18,036 nt of DNA from Promethearchaeota archaeon (GTDB taxonomy: Archaea > Asgardarchaeota > Lokiarchaeia > Sigyniarchaeales > SOKP01). How positions within the stretch are numbered: the first letter of the stretch is position 1; each line of letters begins with the position of its first letter. A program made the translations under genes and the position numbers. The notes beneath the pieces were generated by a model that worked only from the letters and a program-made list of their open reading frames with translations, ran no database searches and was not told the origin of the DNA. The stretch covers positions 1-18,036 of the forward strand of contig JAEOTZ010000030.1 of assembly GCA_016839585.1 (NCBI GenBank), in the 5' to 3' direction. Shown piece by piece: positions 8,654-16,908 of the stretch.

Positions 8654-9400
8654 TTAAATTTTTTGCATAATATAAAAGACATATCCATAATAATCAGAAT
8701 AGTTCCTAAACATTTCAATTTCTATTAATTCTTCATCAAGTTGTTTTTCTACTTCTTCATTACATTGATATTTTACCTTTAATTCAGTGATTCTATTTTC
8801 AAGAGGGATATAGTAATTTTCCCACCAACTACTTTCTGGTATAACTAAATATGAGATTAATTTATATCCATTATTCTTAATCCTATCCTTATTTTCTTCA
8901 ATTAATTTTATATCAGGATAAACATCATTCCAGAAATCTCTAATATCAGTTGGGGGATTCCTTTTTAACCATGAGGCTTCACTCACTACAATATAACCAT
9001 TATTTTTTAAATAAAATTGCCAATCTTTTAATGCTTTCTCAAATCCATATATATAAACTGCTCCTTCAGACCAGATAACATCAAATTGCCCTTCTTCAAA
9101 ATCCATTTTAAACATAGACTTATTTATTGTTTCAATTTTATCTCGAACTCCAGCATTTTGAGCACGCTTGTTTAAATCATCTAAAAATGGTTGGTGTGTA
9201 TCAATGGCAATAATTTTTCCATCAATTAATTTCGCTAACTGTATTGTCTGCATTCCAGGTCCACAACCAATATCCAAAAAATAAGGATTTGAAGGTAAAT
9301 CCTCTAAAAAACTAAAAGCTTTTTGTGTTGATTCATTGTCCCCTGGACCTTCTCTTGGCAAATCTTTATGAATTTCAAAAAAAATTTCCAATTTAAACAC
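8654..9400 (-). CDS. Class I SAM-dependent methyltransferase
   Basis: LPREGPG, LDIGCGPG (motif I), FDVIWSEGA, YGYVFYI. GTG start. Confidence 0.9.
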   Translation of the reverse strand: MFKLEIFFEIHKDLPREGPGDNESTQKAFSFLEDLPSNPYFLDIGCGPGMQTIQLAKLIDGKIIAIDTHQPFLDDLNKRAQNAGVRDKIETINKSMFKMDFEEGQFDVIWSEGAVYIYGFEKALKDWQFYLKNNGYIVVSEASWLKRNPPTDIRDFWNDVYPDIKLIEENKDRIKNNGYKLISYLVIPESSWWENYYIPLENRITELKVKYQCNEEVEKQLDEELIEIEMFRNYSDYYGYVFYIMQKI

Positions 9401-9552
9401 CTACTTTTTATCTATGAGTAATTTTACAAAATTAAAAAAAAGAATGATTTACAAATTGTTAAAGCACAAAATATAAGTAATTGCTTTGAATTTTATTAAA
9501 CCATTAATATTTTAATTGGTTAAAATACAGAATTATATGATAAGAAGAAAAA

Positions 9553-10332
9553 ATGGATGATCTAAGAAATATACTTAAACTTCTAACCGAAAAGAAAATA
9601 ACTATTGAAGAAGCTGAGAAGTTCTTAAAAGCTAATGCTATTCAAGAAGTGGGTGATTTAGCTAAATTAGACATTCTTCGCAAAGTAAGAACGGGTATCC
9701 CTGAAGTTATATATGCTCATAAAAAATCTAATGAAATGATTATAGATATTATCAAATCATTTTTAGAGAGTAATCAATTTGCTATTATTTCTCGCTATCA
9801 TGAAAGCCAAAAAGAATTTATATTAAAATCCTTTGAAAACAATAAAGGTATTGATATAAACGTAAATGAATTGGGCAAAGTAATAATTTTAAGACAAAAA
9901 CCTTTTAAATTTGAGAAAAAAAACGGAATGATAGGAATCATAACAGCTGGAACTTCTGATATACCTGTGGCAGAGGAAGCAAAAGTTATCTCAGAAACTA
10001 TGGGGTGCAAAGTGTTAACTAGTTATGATGTGGGAATAGCAGGTATACATCGAATCTTTACACCATTAAGCGATATGATTAAAGAAGGCGTTCATGTAAT
10101 GATTGTATGTGCTGGAATGGAGGGAACATTACCTGGTGTTGTTGCTGCTCTAACGGATATTCCTGTAATTGGAATTCCTGTTTCTAGTGGATACGGATTA
10201 GGAGAGAAAGGAATTGGTGCGTTAACAACAATGTTACAGTCATGTTCACCTGGATTATTAATAGTAAATATTGATAATGGATTTGGAGCTGGTGCCTCAG
10301 CAGCTTTAATAGCAAATAGAATGGCTAGATAA
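9553..10332 (+). CDS. larB: Nickel-pincer cofactor biosynthesis protein LarB (PurE-like carboxylase/hydrolase)
   Basis: RTGIPEVIY, TAGTSDIPVAEEA, YDVGIAGIHR, AGMEGTLP, PVIGIPVSSGYG, MLQSCSPG, VNIDNGFGA. Confidence 0.95.
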   Translation: MDDLRNILKLLTEKKITIEEAEKFLKANAIQEVGDLAKLDILRKVRTGIPEVIYAHKKSNEMIIDIIKSFLESNQFAIISRYHESQKEFILKSFENNKGIDINVNELGKVIILRQKPFKFEKKNGMIGIITAGTSDIPVAEEAKVISETMGCKVLTSYDVGIAGIHRIFTPLSDMIKEGVHVMIVCAGMEGTLPGVVAALTDIPVIGIPVSSGYGLGEKGIGALTTMLQSCSPGLLIVNIDNGFGAGASAALIANRMAR

Positions 10333-10447
10333 ATGAAATAATTAGATTCATTTTAATAAAATAAACTATAAATATTTTCTAGTTTAAGTTTGTTTAATTA
10401 AAATTAAATTATAAAAATTAAAAAAATAAAACTAAAGTTTGATATAT

Positions 10448-11122
10448 ATGACACCAACACCTGAATCACTTGAAGCTCTTTCAAATCTTCGAGAATTTTC
10501 GCACTATCAATGGTACATAATCCCAATTCTAGTAATTGTTCTATATATCTATGCTACTGAAATTCAAAAAGCACAACAAACAAAAAATTGGAATGTAGTC
10601 TTTGCAGGTTTGATAGTGTTAGGTATGGACTTGATTAATGAAACCTGGAATGCATTAGTATTCCATTTTACTGATTATTCAGCATTCTGGACAACACCAG
10701 CGCGTAGCACTTTCATTATTATGATTGGTTGGAACTTAGAAATAGCAATGATGTTTTCTATTGCTGGTCTTGTATTTGCTAAGTTTCTACCAGAAGATAA
10801 AGATAAGAAGATATTTGGAATTCCTAACCGTTGGTTTTTTGCTTCATTTTTTGCAGCTTTTTCTGTTTTTGTTGAGATCCTTTTGAATATTTCAGATGCT
10901 CTTATATGGGAATATCCATGGTGGAATGCCAGTCCTTGGGGTGTGCCACTTATCTTCTTATTTGGATACTTCCATTTCTTTGTTGCAGCATTCCTTGTCC
11001 ATGATGCAAGGGAAATGAAGACAAAAATCAAAGCAGTAGGTATTATTTACGCAATAGGTCTTACCGCAGTACTCGTTTTCATGTTTATCCCTACTTGGAT
11101 TGGAGCAGACCCTTGGATTTAA
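10448..11122 (+). CDS. Integral membrane protein (6-7 TM) with intramembrane acidic residues
   Basis: Hydrophobic helices with the motifs D-x2-NE-x2-N...W...GWNLE and E...W-E-Y...GVPL. ATG 10448 preferred. Confidence 0.75.
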   Translation: MTPTPESLEALSNLREFSHYQWYIIPILVIVLYIYATEIQKAQQTKNWNVVFAGLIVLGMDLINETWNALVFHFTDYSAFWTTPARSTFIIMIGWNLEIAMMFSIAGLVFAKFLPEDKDKKIFGIPNRWFFASFFAAFSVFVEILLNISDALIWEYPWWNASPWGVPLIFLFGYFHFFVAAFLVHDAREMKTKIKAVGIIYAIGLTAVLVFMFIPTWIGADPWI

Positions 11123-11130
11123 GTATATAG

Positions 11131-11159
11131 AAATCTAAAAGATTTACAAATTTTTTTTT
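11131..11159 (+). terminator. Candidate terminator: short hairpin plus T-tract
   Basis: AAATCT-AAA-AGATTT followed by a 9-T run just after the stop at 11122. Confidence 0.4.
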
Positions 11160-11425
11160 ATTTATTTTCCAACAAAAATCATTAAAAAGTGAGAGGAAAT
11201 TATTATAATCGTGTTTTACTTAAACTAATTTTTATTTAAAAGTTTGTTTAAGTGAATTTGCTTAAGACTAGAATTTCTCTTAAATTGTCCCTTTTCAATA
11301 TTTCTAGTTCTATTTTTTAAGATAGATAAGCTTAAATAGGTAATTTAATATAATAATAATTGAACTTATTTTTAAAATATCAAATCTAACGAAAAACAAT
11401 CTAAAGATTAGTAGTTGAGACCCAA

Positions 11426-11968
11426 ATGGTCGCATCTATCGATAGTAACGAACTTATTGAAAAATCTAAAAAGTTTTTTGAAGATGGAGATATTGATAAT
11501 ACAATAGAGACCTATGAAAAAGCCATTCATAACATTGATCGCTCAAAACTAAATAATAAACAAGATTACATTCAGTTTTTAGAAACTATTTTAAAACATT
11601 GTAAAAATAATGATTTACAAGAACAAGAAGCCCTCGTTTTAAGAACTTTAGGTAGAACTCATTCAATTTTTAAGCAATATCCTGAAAGTATGAAATACCA
11701 TTACCAATCACTTAAAATTCAAAAAAAATTAGGAAAGCAATTAGAAGTAGCCGAAGGTTTAGTTTTTCTTGCTGAAGACTTAGAAATTTCTGGAAACTTT
11801 GATAATTGCATTAAAATATTCCAAGAAGCAACAGAAGTGTATCAAAAATTAGGTAAATTGAGAAAAATAAAAGAAATAAAGAAGGAGATTTCCCGATTAG
11901 AAGCTTTTTCAAAAGATATGGTTGAAGACGAATATATGTTACATAAATTCAATATAGATAAATATTAG
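11426..11968 (+). CDS. Tetratricopeptide repeat protein
   Basis: TPR periodicity: ALVLRTLGRTHSIFKQYPESMKYHYQSLKI; AEGLVFLAEDLEISGNFDNCIKIFQEATEV. Confidence 0.8.
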   Translation: MVASIDSNELIEKSKKFFEDGDIDNTIETYEKAIHNIDRSKLNNKQDYIQFLETILKHCKNNDLQEQEALVLRTLGRTHSIFKQYPESMKYHYQSLKIQKKLGKQLEVAEGLVFLAEDLEISGNFDNCIKIFQEATEVYQKLGKLRKIKEIKKEISRLEAFSKDMVEDEYMLHKFNIDKY

Positions 11969-12052
11969 ACAAAACAATAAACCTTAAATTTATTTTTAAA
12001 CTCTATTTTTTTTACTATTTTTTTTTCCAAATATATATTTTAATTTTTGGAT

Positions 12053-13336
12053 TTACTTATTATTTAAAATCTGCTTTACTTGCGATTTTGCAATAGCTTG
12101 TAGCTTTTTAACTGTTAGCCCAGAGAGTTCACTAATTCTTTTTAGGTCTTCATATTCTGGTTTTATATTAACGATTTCTCTTCCCTTTTCTGATTCTATA
12201 TATGAAATTTTGAAATTTAAACCAAAATTTTTTCCATTAATTTCAATAATTTGTTTTTCTATCTTTCTATCAATACAAACACGTTTTATAGTATTAAACC
12301 TTACACCTAAAGTACCCAATTCTAGTATAATTTTCTCAATTATCTCAAACTTATATCTTGGATAACATAAAATTCTGATTATATGACTAGGTCTATTTTT
12401 CTTTGTCAGCCCTGGAAAAATTTGCAAATCTAGAATTTTTTCTTTTTGAAATTTTTCTATAAAATTTCCAAGTACTTCACCAGTTACATCATCAACGTCT
12501 GTTTCTAAAACAGTTACTTGTTCTAAATATTTATCAAATATATGCGATTCAGCTGAGTTTCCTAATTCCTTACGTTCACCGTAGAATAAACGTAGAATAT
12601 TTAAGAAATTCTTGAAATTTTTTTGACCTGTACTATAAATTAATTTTATTAACTTCATTTCGGGAGGAAATTCTAAGAATTTTGGATTTAAATTTACTAA
12701 TAACGCAGCTCCTGTAGGAGTCACTAATTCAGAATCAATTGGACCTCCACGGATTATTAGATCAGATTTTTCTAAAATTTTTGCTGTTGCTGGAGCAGGA
12801 ACAGGTAATAAACCATGTGCAGTATTAATAGTACCACTTCCTAAAGGTATCTCACTACAAAAGACCTTGAAATTTTCCTCAAAACCACCTATTTTATCTA
12901 AGACAAAAGTAGCTCCTAAAATATCAATCAGGGTATCGACAGAACTTAATTCATGTAAATGGATATTTTCATTTACTTCACCATGAACTTCTCCTTCTGC
13001 CTGAATCAATGAATTAAGAACTTTATTAGCATAATTCTTAGCGGAATCAGTAACTTTTTGACTGGTTAAAAATTCATTCAAAGAATTCTTTAGGGTTTTA
13101 GCCGTTCTCCGATCTTTATTTTCTTTTATATCAATTTTTAATTGATTTAATTGAATCCTGAAACGTTTAGGATTTTCTAACCTAATATCTAATTTTGAAA
13201 CACCGGATAAGTGTTTTTTTAATCCTTTTAATTCATTTAATATAACATCGGAATCTGGAACTAATCCTAAAAGAGAAGCAAGAAGCATATCTCCTGATAT
13301 TCCTGAGTTAGTCATGTCAATATATAAAAATTTCAT
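12053..13336 (-). CDS. larC: Nickel insertase LarC (single uninterrupted frame)
   Basis: GISGDMLL, AEGEVHG, HLHE..SVDTLIDI, AHGLLPVPAPAT, ELVTPTGAA, ETDVDD, KKNRP, GTLGVR, KPEYED. Start is ATG 13336 or GTG 13351. Confidence 0.95.
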   Translation of the reverse strand: MKFLYIDMTNSGISGDMLLASLLGLVPDSDVILNELKGLKKHLSGVSKLDIRLENPKRFRIQLNQLKIDIKENKDRRTAKTLKNSLNEFLTSQKVTDSAKNYANKVLNSLIQAEGEVHGEVNENIHLHELSSVDTLIDILGATFVLDKIGGFEENFKVFCSEIPLGSGTINTAHGLLPVPAPATAKILEKSDLIIRGGPIDSELVTPTGAALLVNLNPKFLEFPPEMKLIKLIYSTGQKNFKNFLNILRLFYGERKELGNSAESHIFDKYLEQVTVLETDVDDVTGEVLGNFIEKFQKEKILDLQIFPGLTKKNRPSHIIRILCYPRYKFEIIEKIILELGTLGVRFNTIKRVCIDRKIEKQIIEINGKNFGLNFKISYIESEKGREIVNIKPEYEDLKRISELSGLTVKKLQAIAKSQVKQILNNK

Positions 13337-13469
13337 TTTAGCCTTAATCACTGTTTATTCTAATAATTGATAAAAAAAGTGATAACAATTTTATTATTAA
13401 ATTATTTCATTATTAATAATATTAAGAGTAAATAAAATAAATTAACTGTTTTAAATTTAGGGCACAAAC

Positions 13470-14204
13470 ATGAGTGAGCTTCAAACTATAAAATGTTATT
13501 TAACTCAAGTACCCGCAACTCTATTAAAATTATTAAATATTGACCCTCCACTTGATACAATTCCAGAACCAATTGAATCTATTCTAAATATGTATCAAGG
13601 TATTGAACGAATAAGTATTAATTTGATTGACAATTTCGGTCTTTTTGAAATTACATACCTTAAACCACAATTTATGATAGCAAATTCAGAAGTTATGTTA
13701 TTACTAAGTACAAAAAATCCGTACACATTAGGAGTATTACATCAATTAGTATATGGTGGTTTTGAAATTGAGCCAAATGGCTTTCATCTTTTAAAAGAGA
13801 TTAATACAGCTGGAAAAACATCATGTCTTATCGGGAGGAAGAAGGATTTAGAAAGATATGATGGTGGCACAAAATCTATTCCAAAGGATACAGACATGAG
13901 TACATGGGTGGAATCGGCAAAAGCTATTAATACACACGATCTCTCATGGATGCACTATTTAGATTTTGAAAACCTACATAAACAGCAGCAACAATTGAAG
14001 CAAAGAACACCAGAAGATTTAATAGAGAAACTGATTAATAGAACTGATAAATGGATCTTAAGTAATTATAAACAACTTAGAGAGAATTCATTAATGATTA
14101 TTATAGGGGATCATGGTAGAGTGAAATTAGACCTTGAATATTCTGGTAAAATTGCCCAATGGCGGGAAGCTAGCGTGCCAATCGCTATTTTAATCAAAAA
14201 ATAA
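13470..14204 (+). CDS. Minimal, divergent alkaline-phosphatase-superfamily protein (nucleotide pyrophosphatase/phosphodiesterase-like)
   Basis: ISINLIDNFG (first metal Asp), NPYT...QLVYG (nucleophile Thr helix), DLSWMHYLDFENLH, LMIIIGDHG, C-terminal VPI strand. Confidence 0.7.
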   Translation: MSELQTIKCYLTQVPATLLKLLNIDPPLDTIPEPIESILNMYQGIERISINLIDNFGLFEITYLKPQFMIANSEVMLLLSTKNPYTLGVLHQLVYGGFEIEPNGFHLLKEINTAGKTSCLIGRKKDLERYDGGTKSIPKDTDMSTWVESAKAINTHDLSWMHYLDFENLHKQQQQLKQRTPEDLIEKLINRTDKWILSNYKQLRENSLMIIIGDHGRVKLDLEYSGKIAQWREASVPIAILIKK

Positions 14205-14249
14205 TTTTTTGTATCATATTTTAATAATTAACTAGCTTAGTTGCTTAAA

Positions 14250-14780
14250 ATGGAAGAATATAAACGTTTTACTGTTTCTCTTCCTCAAGAACTATATAAA
14301 AAATTTGAAGAATTTAGAGAAACATTAGGTATCTCAAGATCTGATGCCATTCGGAAAGCAATGCATACTTTTATGATAAGTGAAGAAAATATTCCTATAA
14401 GTTCTGGAAATGTTGTTGGATGTATAACATTAGTTATGACTCATAAACATTTTGATGTAAAACATGAACATCCCAATGATCATGAAAAGGAATTTGATCA
14501 TGAACATCACCATGATCATAAATATAGTTCTACCTCAATATATGCTAATGTTCAACAAACTGATGAAATCCTAAAAACAGATATTCAACATCATTTTCAT
14601 GATATTATTATCTCTACTATGCATGTTCATTTAGAATTTGAAAAATGTCTAGAAATTATTGCCGTATCTGGTCCTTATAAGCATGTAAAAAGACTAAAGG
14701 AAGATCTGCAGAGATTAAAGAGTGTTATTTCAGTTGGATTTTTCATTATTGATAAAGAAAGTAGCCAAAATATTAAGTGA
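14250..14780 (+). CDS. nikR: Nickel-responsive regulator NikR with a His-rich insertion
   Basis: RHH domain RFTVSLP...SRSDAIR; Ni-site motif QHHFHDIIISTMHVHLEFEKCLE with all four canonical ligands. Confidence 0.92.
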   Translation: MEEYKRFTVSLPQELYKKFEEFRETLGISRSDAIRKAMHTFMISEENIPISSGNVVGCITLVMTHKHFDVKHEHPNDHEKEFDHEHHHDHKYSSTSIYANVQQTDEILKTDIQHHFHDIIISTMHVHLEFEKCLEIIAVSGPYKHVKRLKEDLQRLKSVISVGFFIIDKESSQNIK

Positions 14781-15018
14781 TTAAACTAGATCTCCTTGTT
14801 AGAAATAGTAAAATAAGAATAAAAAATTCCTATTCTCTAAAAAAGAGGATAAGGTATAAGGCGATTTGGCAAGGAATTTTTATTCTTTATTTATTAATGG
14901 TTGTATAGGTTGTGTGTGTTATTTTTTAAGATGTTGTTTTTTAAATTTAATATAGGATACTGTAAAAAATTAGTAATTTTTTTTAATAAAAACAGAAAAA
15001 AAATGAATTAAGAATAAA

Positions 15019-15050
15019 ATATTAAAAAAAAATTATTATTCCTTTAATAT
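15019..15050 (-). terminator. Candidate terminator of the histone gene
   Basis: Minus strand ATATTAAAGGAA...TTTTTTTTTAATAT can form a hairpin containing a long U-tract, about 30 nt after the stop. Confidence 0.35.
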
Positions 15051-15078
15051 ACTTTTTCTCTTTACGCAGCCTTTAGCT

Positions 15079-15276
15079 CTATAAATCCTTTTCCTGGACG
15101 GTCTTACGACCGTTTGCTTTTGATCTTCGAATTGCATTGTCAAGGACATCAATGATTGCATTATTAAGTGCAGGTCCATCAATCAAATCTCCACTTGTAT
15201 TGCATCCTTTGCTTTTGATATATTCTCTAACTTTTGATTTTACAAATAGGGCTTCTGTGGCTGCTTTTTTAGCCAT
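15079..15276 (-). CDS. Short histone-fold protein, face-to-face/bacterial-type (truncated alpha3)
   Basis: LFVKSKVREYIKSKGCNTSGD...RSKANGRKTVQEKDL carries the RKTV-x3-D histone signature and ends immediately after it. Strong Shine-Dalgarno AGGAGG. Confidence 0.85.
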   Translation of the reverse strand: MAKKAATEALFVKSKVREYIKSKGCNTSGDLIDGPALNNAIIDVLDNAIRRSKANGRKTVQEKDL

Positions 15277-15617
15277 TTTTTATTCCTCCTATAATATGTT
15301 TTGAGAGTAATTTAAAATTTTTTTTTAAATTTAAATATTGATTTGTCTTCCTTATTTTTAAACTTATTGATGAAAGTATCATAGAATGTTAATAATAATG
15401 GTCTAAATGCATTTTTTGTCTTCATTGAAAAAATTCAAAAGCTAGCTCGGTTTTCGTATAAATTTCTAAAATATCAAGATAATGGGGAAAATACCAATTA
15501 CATATTTGTACATGAGTTCATAATTATGAATTTTAATAAAATTTAATTTTAAGGGATTTTAAGAATATTTATAAAATATCTTATTTTTTTATAGAGGTAC
15601 AATTTTTAAATAGCAAT

Positions 15618-15788
15618 ATGAAAAATATTTCACTTGATGGAATATGGAAATGTAAGCCTGATCTTGAGGATATATATATTAGCGAAAACTGGTTTGATTC
15701 TAAAAACTATGACGAAAACGATGAAAATTTAATTGGCTTAGAAATTCCAAATAGCTTTATAGAAAAAACGAATTACTTAAATCGTTAG
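15618..15788 (+). pseudogene. Truncated glycoside hydrolase family 2-like N-terminal fragment (56 aa)
   Basis: Not in the ORF track. MKNISLDGIWKCKPDLEDIYISENWF...LEIPNSF resembles the GH2 start (SLnG.W.F..D...W......i.VP..w) and then stops at TAG 15786-15788. Confidence 0.55.
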
Positions 15789-15853
15789 ATGATTATCATC
15801 ACCTAAATCAATATAAATTAGGTTAAATAAGAAAGCCATAATTGTGATAAAAC

Positions 15854-16846
15854 TTGAAAGAAATAATTTTTTCCAGGGCACCAGTTCGAATTTGTGATAT
15901 TGGTGGATGGACTGACACTTGGTTTTATCCAAGAGGAGCTGTTTTTAACCTTAGTATCGATTTATATAGTTATGTAAGAATTGTGAGCAATAATTCAAAT
16001 AAAATAAATATTATTTCAGAAGATCTCAAATTAAACACGCAAATTAAAGATTTTCAAAAAATAAATTATGATGGTACTTTAGATTTATTAAAAGCTGCTG
16101 TTAAAAGAATGGAAATACAAACAGCAGTAGATATTTTTGTTAGAGCTGATGCACCTCCTGGATGTGGAACTGGAACAAGTGCAAGTATAGCTGTTACATT
16201 AATAGCTGCTTTAGCAAAACTTTCAAACAAATCACTTACACCTAATGAAATTGCTGCTCTTGCCCATAAACTCGAAATAGAAGAATTAAAATTAGAGAGT
16301 GGTGTTCAAGATCAGTATGCAGCATCTATAGGGGGGATAAATTTTATGGAAATCGATTATCCGTCTGTAAAGGTTTCAAAAGTTCAAATTAACGATGAAA
16401 AAATCTGTAAATTAGAAAATCAATTAATTTTAGTATATTTTGGTTCTCGAAGTTCTAATTTAATGCATAAAGCTGTTATTGAAAATTATGAAAAAGGTGA
16501 TAATAATACAATCAACTCATTTAATGCTATTAAAGAATGTGCTTATGAAATGAAGTCAGCTATTAAATCAGAGTCTCTTGAATATATGGGAGAGATTATG
16601 AACAGAAATTGGGAATCTCAAAAAAGTCTTCATAATTCAATGACTAATTCTACTATTAATAAAGCTGAAAAACTAGCTAAAGAAAATGGAGCAATTGGAT
16701 TTAAATTAAATGGTGCTGGTGGTGGCGGTTCAGCAACGATTTTAGCTAAGGCAGGGTATGAATATCGAATTAAGAAGAAATTGATTGCAGATGGCTTTAA
16801 AATACTACCAGTTAAATTAAATTTTAAAGGTGTTCAAACTTGGTAA
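15854..16846 (+). CDS. GHMP-family sugar(-phosphate) kinase, HddA/fucokinase-like
   Basis: RAPVRICDIGGWTD, PPGCGTGTSAS, GVQDQY, GFKLNGAGGGG. TTG start. Confidence 0.9.
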   Translation: MKEIIFSRAPVRICDIGGWTDTWFYPRGAVFNLSIDLYSYVRIVSNNSNKINIISEDLKLNTQIKDFQKINYDGTLDLLKAAVKRMEIQTAVDIFVRADAPPGCGTGTSASIAVTLIAALAKLSNKSLTPNEIAALAHKLEIEELKLESGVQDQYAASIGGINFMEIDYPSVKVSKVQINDEKICKLENQLILVYFGSRSSNLMHKAVIENYEKGDNNTINSFNAIKECAYEMKSAIKSESLEYMGEIMNRNWESQKSLHNSMTNSTINKAEKLAKENGAIGFKLNGAGGGGSATILAKAGYEYRIKKKLIADGFKILPVKLNFKGVQTW

Positions 16847-16908
16847 TTCTAAATGCAATTTAAATTGAAATCTTTGTTCTTTTTATACTTTAATTTTAAA
16901 AATTAAAT

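Noticed and set aside
7897-11031. Short ORFs 7897-8094, 9798-10010 and 10675-11031
   Set aside because: Antisense shadows of pgk, larB and the membrane protein gene.
14211-14238. GTATCA upstream of nikR as a NikR operator half-site
   Set aside because: No matching inverted half-site at 15-16 bp spacing.
14778-14887. nikR TGA stop followed by a stem-loop as possible selenocysteine recoding
   Set aside because: Read-through adds only two more codons before TAG, NikR is already complete, and the stem lacks SECIS-like features.
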